From positions 4,029,425-4,093,424 of the forward strand of contig OW818650.1 in the NCBI GenBank assembly GCA_942492865.1: a stretch of DNA of 64,000 bases, read 5' to 3'. Shown here piece by piece: positions 1-9,019 of the stretch. Source of the DNA: an uncultured Bacteroidales bacterium. GTDB lineage: Bacteria > Bacteroidota > Bacteroidia > Bacteroidales > VadinHA17. The notes below the pieces were generated by a model that saw nothing but the letters and a program-made list of their open reading frames with translations, was not told the DNA's origin and did not search any database. Numbering within the stretch: position 1 is the stretch's first letter; every line of letters starts with the position of its first letter. A program made the translations under genes and the position numbers.

Positions 1-500
1 AGTGAGGAAAATGCAAATAAATAAATGAATATTATTATGTATATGGTCATTATATGTCCGACAAGCCCTGATCCGAAATATGTAGTAAAACTGTCATATC
101 CAATAGCGCCAGGACCGCTAAACAATATTAGGGTTTTAATGAATTTTAAAACTACAAGCGGTAGAGTGATGTAAACAAACAAATTCAAAATATTTGAAAA
201 ATCATGAGAGTTTATAGAACACAAGTCAGTATTAGTCTTTACTTTTTTTCTCACTAATATATGAATTAGCATACCTGGCATCCACAATAACAATAATCCT
301 ATAATCCAAAACAGTAATACACTGGGTTCAAGTTTATAAAAACCCATTTGTTTATGGACTAAGAAATATAGTGTAACAATTAATATAAAAGGATAAGCAG
401 TTATTTGAAAAGGGGTTAAAATAGTCTTATAATAGGATTTATCAACCTGGCCTAGAAAAAACACCTCAATAAATAAAATAATAAGGAATACGATTTCCAT
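1..500 (-). CDS. Polytopic membrane protein, probable oligosaccharide-repeat/O-antigen polymerase (Wzy/EpsG-like); 3' part runs off the window
   Basis: Manual translation of the minus strand from the ATG at 500-498 (MEIVFLIILFIEVFFLGQVDKSYYKTILTPFQITAYPFILIVTLYFLVHKQMGFYKLEPSVLLFWIIGLLLLWMPG...) stays open to position 1 (about 166 codons). It is almost all hydrophobic helices and lies next to wzx and the GT2 genes. It is absent from the ORF track because it is truncated. Confidence 0.45.
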   Translation of the reverse strand, partial: MEIVFLIILFIEVFFLGQVDKSYYKTILTPFQITAYPFILIVTLYFLVHKQMGFYKLEPSVLLFWIIGLLLLWMPGMLIHILVRKKVKTNTDLCSINSHDFSNILNLFVYITLPLVVLKFIKTLILFSGPGAIGYDSFTTYFGSGLVGHIMTIYIIIFIYLFAFSS

Positions 501-545
501 GCTGCAAAAATTAACTATTCTATGAGTTTAGAATTATTGATGACC

Positions 546-1799
546 TCATGGTGTTTTGTATTTTTTAAAAGAAACAATTAAGATGAATAAAATTAATTCG
601 CTAACAACCAGGTTAATTGATGCACCAACATCTGCCAGGAAATAACTTAATACAAAGCAAAATAGAATACTACTAATACCTGTAATCCAAATAATTTTTG
701 AGAATGGTTTTGAATAGCCTTGGCTAACCATTCCCAAAATTCCGTAATAATAATTTAAACCACCAAATACAATTACTAAGGACATTATCCTTAAATTTAA
801 AATTGAGTGTAGAAATTCGTTCCCGAGAATCTTACAAATTATATGAGCTAATGAGAATACAAGTAACATTGTAAAAAGTAGAAATAGAATATAGAACTTC
901 CCGATTTTTCGGAAGTGTCTGTCAGTTGTGTCCTTATCCGATTCAAACTTTCTGCTGAAATAAGGATATAGCGCCTGAGTAAAAGGAGATATCATCACTT
1001 GAACACCTTTTACTATTCGTTCTGCAGCTGAGTAATAACCAACAATCGTAAAGTCATGAAACCCGCCAAGAATAATTGTATTTAATTCTCTGTACATTGC
1101 CATTCCTACTGTTGTAGTAAAAAGTGACCACCCATCTTTAATCTGAAAAATGAGTGAATTCAACCCTGGGAACTGAAATTTAATTTTGTAAAGATTCCTT
1201 GCAAGAGCTAATCCAAAGAAACCACTAACCAAATATGAAATAGAGTAAATAGCATTTATAAACACGTATTGTTCTTTATTTCTGATTAAGAACAATATTG
1301 CGAGTCCGGCTATGGTTTTAGTAATAGAATTAATAATTGTTATAAACTTCATGTTTTCAAGACCCTGAAATAACCAAACTGGAAAAAGAGCCAAACCAAA
1401 TAAAATACCTAAGCCACTATACAAAAGAAATCTTATTTCAAAGAGCTTATCAATAAACTGGGTCAGAAAAATAATCATAGCTGATGCTATTGTAGCAAAC
1501 GTTAATCTTATGATAATTATGCTATTAAAAATCTTATTAAGCTCACCTAATGAATCTTTATTTAACGCCACTAATCTGGTAGCTGAATAGTCAAAACCAT
1601 ACATTACAAAAATGGCAATGTAAAGGAGTATACTATATGAAAAAGCAAATTTTCCAAAGAATTCAATTCCGATGATATTAGTAAGATAAGGTATTATAAT
1701 TATCGGGAATAAGTAATTAACAATATTTAATATTGTTAAATAAATCACATTTTGCCCAATAGTATTATATTCCTTATTTCTTTTGAGTTTTAAAAACAT
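546..1799 (-). CDS. wzx: Polysaccharide flippase, MOP/Wzx family
   Basis: 417 aa with about 12 predicted TM helices. The N-terminal pattern (NVIYLTILNIVNYLFPIIIIPYLTNIIGIEFFGKFAF) is typical of Wzx. It sits in the glycosyltransferase cluster. Confidence 0.75.
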   Translation of the reverse strand: MFLKLKRNKEYNTIGQNVIYLTILNIVNYLFPIIIIPYLTNIIGIEFFGKFAFSYSILLYIAIFVMYGFDYSATRLVALNKDSLGELNKIFNSIIIIRLTFATIASAMIIFLTQFIDKLFEIRFLLYSGLGILFGLALFPVWLFQGLENMKFITIINSITKTIAGLAILFLIRNKEQYVFINAIYSISYLVSGFFGLALARNLYKIKFQFPGLNSLIFQIKDGWSLFTTTVGMAMYRELNTIILGGFHDFTIVGYYSAAERIVKGVQVMISPFTQALYPYFSRKFESDKDTTDRHFRKIGKFYILFLLFTMLLVFSLAHIICKILGNEFLHSILNLRIMSLVIVFGGLNYYYGILGMVSQGYSKPFSKIIWITGISSILFCFVLSYFLADVGASINLVVSELILFILIVSFKKYKTP

Positions 1800-1940
1800 T
1801 TTAATTACTATACGAACTATTAAGTTTTCAGGGTTCAGAGTTCATGACTATGTTCCGTTTTCGAACCCGGGGTAACCGCAATGGACCCTCAAAGTTTATT
1901 TACATGAAAAAACAGCTATATCCTTCAGGAGTAAATATTA

Positions 1941-2885
1941 TTATATTTTTTTACAAAACGGATGATAATCATCTTTCAAACCAATTGGAACAGCATTCCT
2001 TATAGAAAAAACTGTTTCAATTGATTTACGAGCTTCCTGAATTCCAAAACCATTACCTTTTAAGATTTCCTCATAACTTTTATTATGTAACTCGGTAAAT
2101 CCTTCACTGAATTCCAACTCTTTGTTATCAATTGTAATTGATCTGAATGTTCTCTGACTTTTTATCTTAATATTTTCAGGTAAATCATTTTTATCTATAC
2201 TTAAGAACCAGCGAACTCTTGCTTTCGCCAAATTAAGGTACCCGGCTGCTTTATGAGGCTCATTAATATGCACAATGTTTTCTTTTACGTCACCGAAAAT
2301 CCAGGTCAGCATATCAAAAAAATGAACTCCTATATTAGTAGCAATTCCTCCGGATTTTTGAATACTCCCTTTCCATGATGTATCATACCAATTACCCCGG
2401 CTTGTAATATATGTCAAATCTATATCATATACCTTGTCCTTTGGCCAACTTGCAATATCAGCTTTAAGCTTTTTAATTACAGGGTGCAGTCGTAATTGCA
2501 GGATGTTATAAACATTTTTACCTGTTTCCCTTTCAATTTCAGCAAGGGCATCAATATTCCAGGGATTCAATACAAGAGGTTTCTCACATATAGCATCTGC
2601 ACCATGCCTTAATGCAAATCTGATGTGAGAATCGTGCAAATAATTTGGAGTACAAATACTAACGTAATCAACTTTCTGACCTTGCCTTTTAAGCTTATCA
2701 AAATGCCTGTCATACCTTTCAAATTCGATAAAAAAATCTGCCTGAGGAAAATAACCATCCAACAAACCAACACTGTCAAATTTATCCAGAGCAGCTACTA
2801 AATTGTTCCCAGTATCCTTAATAGCTTTTAAATGTCTTGCAGCTATAAAACCAGCCACACCTATCAATCCAAAGTTTTTTTCCAT
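1941..2885 (-). CDS. Gfo/Idh/MocA-family NAD-dependent sugar oxidoreductase (WbpB-like)
   Basis: N-terminal Rossmann motif FGLIGVAGFIAARHLKAI and the EKP motif (ICEKPL) typical of the Gfo/Idh/MocA family. Polysaccharide-locus context. Confidence 0.7.
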   Translation of the reverse strand: MEKNFGLIGVAGFIAARHLKAIKDTGNNLVAALDKFDSVGLLDGYFPQADFFIEFERYDRHFDKLKRQGQKVDYVSICTPNYLHDSHIRFALRHGADAICEKPLVLNPWNIDALAEIERETGKNVYNILQLRLHPVIKKLKADIASWPKDKVYDIDLTYITSRGNWYDTSWKGSIQKSGGIATNIGVHFFDMLTWIFGDVKENIVHINEPHKAAGYLNLAKARVRWFLSIDKNDLPENIKIKSQRTFRSITIDNKELEFSEGFTELHNKSYEEILKGNGFGIQEARKSIETVFSIRNAVPIGLKDDYHPFCKKI

Positions 2886-3038
2886 AAATCGTTCTTTGCT
2901 TTCTTGAATGAAATTATTTATAAATTTGACATTAAATATTGTCGTATTTAAGTCGCTGATTGTTTTATTTGATATTGGTATTTTAAACTCTTACTCTTCC
3001 CATCCGCGGGTAAAATGATGTGCCTGTTTTGAAAGGTG

Positions 3039-3884
3039 TTAAGTTCTTTCCTCAAAAGATAACTTTTCCAGCTTCACAGAGATCCAATAAAAATAGTGAT
3101 AAATAAATGTGGGCATCATCTTGAAAAGACCTATTCCTATTGAGTAAATAATAGTATATACCGGAAATTTTAATGATCTGTTGATTTTAATGCGGGTCTT
3201 TATAAAATTCCAACCATACTTTAGACCCGACCTCCTCTTATAGTAATTACCGTCAATCCTGAATTTTAATAAGATTTCCTGTATATTCCCAAACTTTAGA
3301 TTATTTAACAGCGCCCTCCCCCATAACACATTATCCTCCATCAATATTGTATCTGTCGGGTAATAGCCAGCAATCTCAATGAGCCTCCTGTGGTACATCA
3401 CCGAAGAATGCGCAAACGGAGTTCGCGTATAATATCTCTTTCTCAATGCTTTGTGTTCTTCGGGAAGCTTCCTGAATGAAAAATGCTTCCCGTCTTCATC
3501 TATTTCTTCATACCAACTTCCTAAAACTGTAATTTCCGGATTTTCAATCAAATAATTCCGCTGCTTTTCAAACCTCTCCGGCATTGAAATATCATCCGCA
3601 TCCATCCGCGCGATATATTTGTAATCTGGATTTTTCAGAATAATTTCTAAAAGATAATTCAGAGCTGCTGCAAGACCTTTGTTTTTCTCTAACCGGTACA
3701 GTCTGATCCTATGATCTTTCAAGGTGGTTACGTAATCTTCAATTTCAGAAGAAACCTGTCCATCAAAAATCAGATAATAATGAAACTGCGAAAATGTCTG
3801 ATCAAGTATGCTTTGAATTGATTCCTTAACAAAACATAGCCTATCATTATGATAAACAGACATTATTACTGCAAGATCAACCAT
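3039..3884 (-). CDS. Glycosyltransferase family 2
   Basis: LAVIMSVYHND...SILDQTF...IFDG and a DADD motif (RMDADDIS). The C-terminal end is hydrophobic. Confidence 0.8.
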   Translation of the reverse strand: MVDLAVIMSVYHNDRLCFVKESIQSILDQTFSQFHYYLIFDGQVSSEIEDYVTTLKDHRIRLYRLEKNKGLAAALNYLLEIILKNPDYKYIARMDADDISMPERFEKQRNYLIENPEITVLGSWYEEIDEDGKHFSFRKLPEEHKALRKRYYTRTPFAHSSVMYHRRLIEIAGYYPTDTILMEDNVLWGRALLNNLKFGNIQEILLKFRIDGNYYKRRSGLKYGWNFIKTRIKINRSLKFPVYTIIYSIGIGLFKMMPTFIYHYFYWISVKLEKLSFEERT

Positions 3885-3928
3885 TGTTAATGCAACAGCA
3901 ATGATAAAAGATCACATGGTGTAAGAAG

Positions 3929-4810
3929 TCATTCTTTTTCATACTTTGCTGTTTTTGGAACACGGGGCAATTCGGGAATTAAAAAAGATTGGATTCTGAA
4001 GAAATTTATTAGTCTAATAAACAATACTTTAATTATCTTTTTCACAACAAGAAAATAAAATATTACCGAAAATTTAGCTTCTCTTATCATAAAAAAATAG
4101 ATCTTGATTTTTTCAATCATAAAAATATTGCTTCGATAATAATTGTGATAGGTAGATCCCGCGTGAAGCCTGAAAATATTTAAAGGTTCCGGGATATACT
4201 TAATATCGGATCTAAGCATCATTTTAATATAAAGTAGCCAGTCCCCGCAGAATTTCATAGAAGGATCTGCCCATCCTGATTCAACATAAGTGCTTTTTCG
4301 GAATAAGACACTGCTTGCATTCACTATTGGATTTTCGAGAAAGGTTCTTAGTGAAACTTTTCTATCACCGGAGAAATCTTTCAGACATCTTTTGAAAGCA
4401 TCCCTTTCGGAAGACAGGTATTCTATTCCTCTCCGTTCGTTGAAAATCTTTGAATCACAAAAAACCAAACCTGTGTTTTCAGATTGCTCCATTATGGACA
4501 CAGTTTTTTCAAGAAAATCGGAATCAGAAGAGTCATCAGATTCGGCGATCCAGATAAATTTTCCTCTTGCCATTTTCACACCAGTATTCCATTGGACAAA
4601 TGGACCTCCGTTCTTAAATTCATTATAATTAGTAATAATATCCGGATGAGCTGCGACATATTCATTAATGATCTCACAGCTATTATCGCTTGAAAAGTCA
4701 TCAAGAATAATTAATTCAAAATCCTTGTATGTCTGATTGAGAACGCTATTAATTCTTTGCTTCAGGTATCGTGAATGATTGTAATTTGGAATTATTACAG
4801 AAACAGTCAT
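3929..4810 (-). CDS. Glycosyltransferase family 2
   Basis: VSVIIPNYNHSRYLKQRINSVLNQTYKDFELIILDDFSSD and AESDD, the classic GT2 N-terminal domain. Confidence 0.85.
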   Translation of the reverse strand: MTVSVIIPNYNHSRYLKQRINSVLNQTYKDFELIILDDFSSDNSCEIINEYVAAHPDIITNYNEFKNGGPFVQWNTGVKMARGKFIWIAESDDSSDSDFLEKTVSIMEQSENTGLVFCDSKIFNERRGIEYLSSERDAFKRCLKDFSGDRKVSLRTFLENPIVNASSVLFRKSTYVESGWADPSMKFCGDWLLYIKMMLRSDIKYIPEPLNIFRLHAGSTYHNYYRSNIFMIEKIKIYFFMIREAKFSVIFYFLVVKKIIKVLFIRLINFFRIQSFLIPELPRVPKTAKYEKE

Positions 4811-4859
4811 TCTTTTTACTTAAAAATGGTGAGAATTTTATCTGGTCCAACAATCCAAT

Positions 4860-5570
4860 TCATGAAGATGTTTTGGCGTTTCGAGTTATTTGCTTCAGCC
4901 ATTTTCTTAAAATTATAATCAAAAAGAAAATTAAATAGGTAATAACTGAATAATTCTGTTTAACTATCTCCAGTCGATCATTTAAAAATCGCTGATCCTT
5001 TTTAGTGGTTGAAATACCCTTTTCAGAAAATACGGCTACCAGAATATTTATGTATTTAAATTTGTAGTCAGGATCTTTTTTCAAAAGAAGGTTCAGATAA
5101 AAATCAGCTAAAAGTGGATATTTATCTGAATATTGATATTTTTCGAAAACTGTGCGCGGGTAAAAAATTGCCTGATGGCAAATGTTTTTGGTTAATAATT
5201 TTAATGTACTGAACCGTCCATCGTAAATCTGATTTGTTAAAGGAAAATATACATTACCATAATAGACTGTGTCACTATAATTTAATCTGCCTCCCAGATT
5301 CCTCCAGCTATTAATTATTATATCATCTGCTCCAACGAAATAGAAATAAGAACCCCTTGCAATACTCGTACCTTTATTCATTGCGTCATAAATACCACAA
5401 TCTTTTTCAACAATCAGCCGATCAATGAACCTGAGATACTTATCTAAAACTTCAACAGTTCCATCAGTCGACTTTCCGTCAATAACAATAAACTCTATGT
5501 TTGGATAGTCCAGATCAATTACACTCTGAATAGCTCTTTCAACTGTTGCCCTGTTGTTGAGAATTACCAT
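4860..5570 (-). CDS. Glycosyltransferase family 2 (start codon uncertain, see findings)
   Basis: VILNNRATVERAIQSVIDLDYPNIEFIVIDGKSTDGT and GADD. The conserved-looking beta-1 strand (PLISII) lies upstream of the only canonical ATG. Confidence 0.75.
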   Translation of the reverse strand: MVILNNRATVERAIQSVIDLDYPNIEFIVIDGKSTDGTVEVLDKYLRFIDRLIVEKDCGIYDAMNKGTSIARGSYFYFVGADDIIINSWRNLGGRLNYSDTVYYGNVYFPLTNQIYDGRFSTLKLLTKNICHQAIFYPRTVFEKYQYSDKYPLLADFYLNLLLKKDPDYKFKYINILVAVFSEKGISTTKKDQRFLNDRLEIVKQNYSVITYLIFFLIIILRKWLKQITRNAKTSS

Positions 5571-5669
5571 AATAATGCTTATTAATGGATAAAACTCATC
5601 TTGTACTACCCTATTTTTTCTAATGGTTTTAATAATATAATTTTAATTGACTAAAAAGCCCTTGAAATA

Positions 5670-6620
5670 CTATACAGAACTTACAAACTTTTTTAATTGT
5701 CTCAGGTGCAAGGCAGAAAAGAAGTCTTTTTCAAACAGCTCGTAAAAAACTAAATCGAAAAAGTTTAAGACGTTGAAAGGAGAGCGTTTAATTATTCCGA
5801 GCATTGCTTCTCTTCCCTTCTTTTTTAAATTCAACCCATATGAAAGGTTAGCAATATGTTTATAATGTATTGAATATAATTTAGAGTATTTTCTTAATAA
5901 ATCATTATGACGAAGTAAAATTTTTTGGCGGAGTTCCAGTCGCTTCAAATTATTACTCACATCAGTCAACTGTGGCTCATCATGCTGGTGAATCTTAACA
6001 AGCAAAAGAGGAATAGTCTCAAAATTAAAATGTTTGACCAAACGGAACAAAAAATCTGCGTCATGCCCCATCTGAATTGACTCATCATACATCCCTATTA
6101 ATTCTATACATTCCTTGCGAACGCACAAACCATAACCATTTCCAATGGTTGTTGCCGCTATAAGGCCGGCTTCTATGTCCTTAAATTTTGAAGGCCATAC
6201 TTTTGAGTATAAGTCAAGTTCTCCCGATTCAGTATCCCTCACAATGGAGACACCTGTCCAAATAAATCCCGTTTTGCCACCAGTTTGCATAAAATGATTT
6301 TTCATTCTTTCCAGGAATAATGGCAGATATTCATCATCATCATCAAGAAACAAGATGAACTTTCCTTTTGCGAAATTGATCCCGGAATTATATCCTGCTG
6401 CAGCTCCCTTCCGAGTTGAGTGCTGGTGGAATATTATCTTTTTATCATTAAACTCGCTTACTAACCTTTTGGTTTCCTGATCATTTCCATCATCGATTAT
6501 TATATGTTCATAATCTCCAAAGGTCTGATTTCTCACACTATTGATCGCCCGCCTGAGTAGCTCAGGCCTCTTGTACGTAGGTGTAATTATAGAAAAGTCA
6601 GGTGATTTAGAATCCAGCAT
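5670..6620 (-). CDS. Glycosyltransferase family 2
   Basis: FSIITPTYKRPELLRRAINSVRNQTFGDYEHIIIDDGNDQ and LDDDDE. Confidence 0.85.
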   Translation of the reverse strand: MLDSKSPDFSIITPTYKRPELLRRAINSVRNQTFGDYEHIIIDDGNDQETKRLVSEFNDKKIIFHQHSTRKGAAAGYNSGINFAKGKFILFLDDDDEYLPLFLERMKNHFMQTGGKTGFIWTGVSIVRDTESGELDLYSKVWPSKFKDIEAGLIAATTIGNGYGLCVRKECIELIGMYDESIQMGHDADFLFRLVKHFNFETIPLLLVKIHQHDEPQLTDVSNNLKRLELRQKILLRHNDLLRKYSKLYSIHYKHIANLSYGLNLKKKGREAMLGIIKRSPFNVLNFFDLVFYELFEKDFFSALHLRQLKKFVSSV

Positions 6621-6678
6621 TTCTTTTCTAATTATTAAACTAAGATTGAATGAAATGATGGAAACAAGTAAGTATTTG

Positions 6679-7839
6679 TCATTGTAATCCTTCCAGTGTG
6701 TATTTGGAATAGATAGAAATAACCCCTTCCTTAAGACTTACCCTTTCCTTCCATCCCAGCTGATTTATCTTCGATACATCCAGCAATTTCCTCGGAGTAC
6801 CGTCAGGTTTTGAAGAATCCCATTCCAGCTTTCCTTTAAATCCTACTATTCTCTGAATGAGCTCAGCAAGATCTTTAATTGTAAGGTCTTTGCCGGTGCC
6901 GATGTTGATGTGGGTGTTTTTTATGGGCTCAGAGCTCAGAGCAGAGGGCGCAGGGCCGAAAGCCAGATCCTTAAAGTCAACATTGTTCAATACAAAGACA
7001 CAGGCGTCGGCGAGGTCGTCAACATACAAAAACTCCCTGAATGGTGATCCGGTTCCCCATAAAGTAATTGTTACGTTGTTCCGGGTTCCGGGTTCCGGGT
7101 TTTGCCCAGTGCCCTCAGCCCTGCTCTCTGAGCTTTTTTCTATTCCATATTTGAAAAGGATGCTGAGTATTTCTGTTTCACCTGAGGTGTCATTCACCCC
7201 TTCAATGGGATATTTCTTAAGATCTTTCCTGATAGCAGTCCAGTCGTTATTAGCAAGGCATTTACCGAGATGCATTTTACGCACCAGAGCAGGGAGAACA
7301 TGCGATGTCTCAAGGTTATAATTGTCATTCGGACCGTATAGATTGGTCGGCATTACAGAGATGAAATTGGTCCCATACTGCAAATTGTATGATTCACACA
7401 TTTTTATGCCGGCAATCTTAGCTATAGCATAGGGCTCATTAGTGTACTCCAGTTCTCCTGTTAGAAGATATTCCTCCTTGATCGGTTGGGGGCAATCCCT
7501 GGGATAAATGCACGAACTTCCAAGAAACAACAGCTTCTTTACTCCGTTTTTGTAGCTCTGATGAATGATGTTGTTCTGGATCATCATGTTCTCATAAATG
7601 AACTGAGCCCTGTAGGTGTTGTTGGCTACAATTCCTCCCACCTTTGCAGCTGCAAGTACAACATATTCCGGTTTTTCCTTTTCAAAGAATTCAGCAACTA
7701 TTTTCTGGTCTGTAAGATCATATGGAGGATACGGACTTGTAACAAAATTTGTGTATCCGTTTGCAACAAGGTTCCGCATTATAGCGCTGCCAACCATTCC
7801 GTTATGACCGGCGATATATATTTTAGAGTGTTTATGCAT
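6679..7839 (-). CDS. fcl: GDP-L-fucose synthase (GDP-4-keto-6-deoxy-D-mannose 3,5-epimerase/4-reductase), unusually long
   Basis: IYIAGHNGMVGSAI, LAAAKVGGIVANN, GSSCIYP, NEPYAIAKIAG, MPTNLYGP and KPDGTPRKLLD match Fcl/WcaG along the whole length. It is adjacent to gmd. At 386 aa it exceeds E. coli Fcl (321 aa). Confidence 0.9.
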   Translation of the reverse strand: MHKHSKIYIAGHNGMVGSAIMRNLVANGYTNFVTSPYPPYDLTDQKIVAEFFEKEKPEYVVLAAAKVGGIVANNTYRAQFIYENMMIQNNIIHQSYKNGVKKLLFLGSSCIYPRDCPQPIKEEYLLTGELEYTNEPYAIAKIAGIKMCESYNLQYGTNFISVMPTNLYGPNDNYNLETSHVLPALVRKMHLGKCLANNDWTAIRKDLKKYPIEGVNDTSGETEILSILFKYGIEKSSESRAEGTGQNPEPGTRNNVTITLWGTGSPFREFLYVDDLADACVFVLNNVDFKDLAFGPAPSALSSEPIKNTHINIGTGKDLTIKDLAELIQRIVGFKGKLEWDSSKPDGTPRKLLDVSKINQLGWKERVSLKEGVISIYSKYTLEGLQ

Positions 7840-7963
7840 AATTCAAATGTTTCGCGTTTCTGGTTTCGTGTTTAACCCACCCCCAACCCCTCCAGGGAGG
7901 GGATTTTCACTCTTAAGTCCCCCTTCAGGGGGATTTAGGGGGCGGTTAAGATTTAGGGGGCTT

Positions 7964-9007
7964 TTAATCCGCTCTCCTCTTTGCCTTCTCAAAATCGGCC
8001 AGTGTCATGATCTTAACAAGCTCTTTAAAAGTAACTTTCGGCTCCCATCCAAGAATTGCTTTGGCTTTCGCCGGATCGCCGATAAGAAGATCTACCTCAG
8101 TCGGTCGGAAATATCGTGAATCAATACCTACCACTTCCCTGCCTGAAGATTTCAAAATACCTTTTTCATCAATCCCATGACCTTTCCAAATGATCTCTTC
8201 CCCCAAAACTTTAAATGTTTCTTCAACAAACTCCCTGATCGTATGGGTCTCATTGGTTGCAAGGACGAAATCATCCGGTTCATCGGCCTGAAGTATCCGC
8301 CACATCCCTTCAACGTACTCGGGAGCATAACCCCAGTCGCGTTTTGAATCAAGATTTCCGAGAAGTAACATATCCTGCTGACCAGTAATTATTTTAGATG
8401 CAGCAACAGTTACTTTTCTTGTGACAAAAGTCTTGCCTCTCCGTTCACTTTCATGATTAAAGAGAATTCCATTGCTTGCAAAAACATTATAAGCTTCCCT
8501 GTAATTTACCACGATCCAGTAAGCATATAATTTAGCAGCAGCATACGGACTTCTTGGATAAAATGGCGTTTTTTCAGTCTGAGGGATCTCCTGTACCTTG
8601 CCATAAAGCTCCGACGTTGATGCCTGGTAAAACCTGGTTCTGATCCCTGTTTCCTTAATTGCATCAAGAAAACGCAGAGTTCCTATCCCGTCCACCTCTG
8701 CAGTATACTCAGGCACTTCAAAGGAAACCTGGACATGCGACTGGGCCCCCAGATTGTAAATTTCAGTCGGCTTGATCTTCTCAACCAGCCTGTTAAGGTT
8801 ACTCGAATCGGTTAGATCGCCATAATGAAGGAAAAATCGTTTATTCAGGTAATCCGGATTATTGTAAATATGATCTATTCTAAAGGTATTAAAGGAGCTT
8901 GAACGCCTTATAATACCATGTACATCATAGCCTTTTTCAAGCAATAACTCAGTTAAATAAGAACCATCCTGACCTGTGATCCCAGATATTAAAGCAACAT
9001 TCTTCAT
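7964..9007 (-). CDS. gmd: GDP-mannose 4,6-dehydratase
   Basis: [61 protein letters not shown] and NHESERRG are near-collinear with E. coli Gmd. Confidence 0.95.
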   Translation of the reverse strand: MKNVALISGITGQDGSYLTELLLEKGYDVHGIIRRSSSFNTFRIDHIYNNPDYLNKRFFLHYGDLTDSSNLNRLVEKIKPTEIYNLGAQSHVQVSFEVPEYTAEVDGIGTLRFLDAIKETGIRTRFYQASTSELYGKVQEIPQTEKTPFYPRSPYAAAKLYAYWIVVNYREAYNVFASNGILFNHESERRGKTFVTRKVTVAASKIITGQQDMLLLGNLDSKRDWGYAPEYVEGMWRILQADEPDDFVLATNETHTIREFVEETFKVLGEEIIWKGHGIDEKGILKSSGREVVGIDSRYFRPTEVDLLIGDPAKAKAILGWEPKVTFKELVKIMTLADFEKAKRRAD

Positions 9008-9019
9008 TCTAAGTAAATA

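Noticed and set aside
6857-7321. 154-aa plus-strand ORF inside fcl, and similar antisense ORFs inside the GT2, CapD-like, wecB, AsmA-like, PL10-like, carboxylase, pepD, nnr, thrA and sensor genes
   Set aside because: All overlap longer ORFs that have clear family motifs. None shows motifs, signal peptides or promoter context of its own.
7847-8119. 90-aa plus-strand ORF (PPPTPPGRGFSLLSPPSGGFRGRLRFRG...)
   Set aside because: It is an artefact of the C-run/G-run repeat element and lies antisense to the 3' end of gmd.
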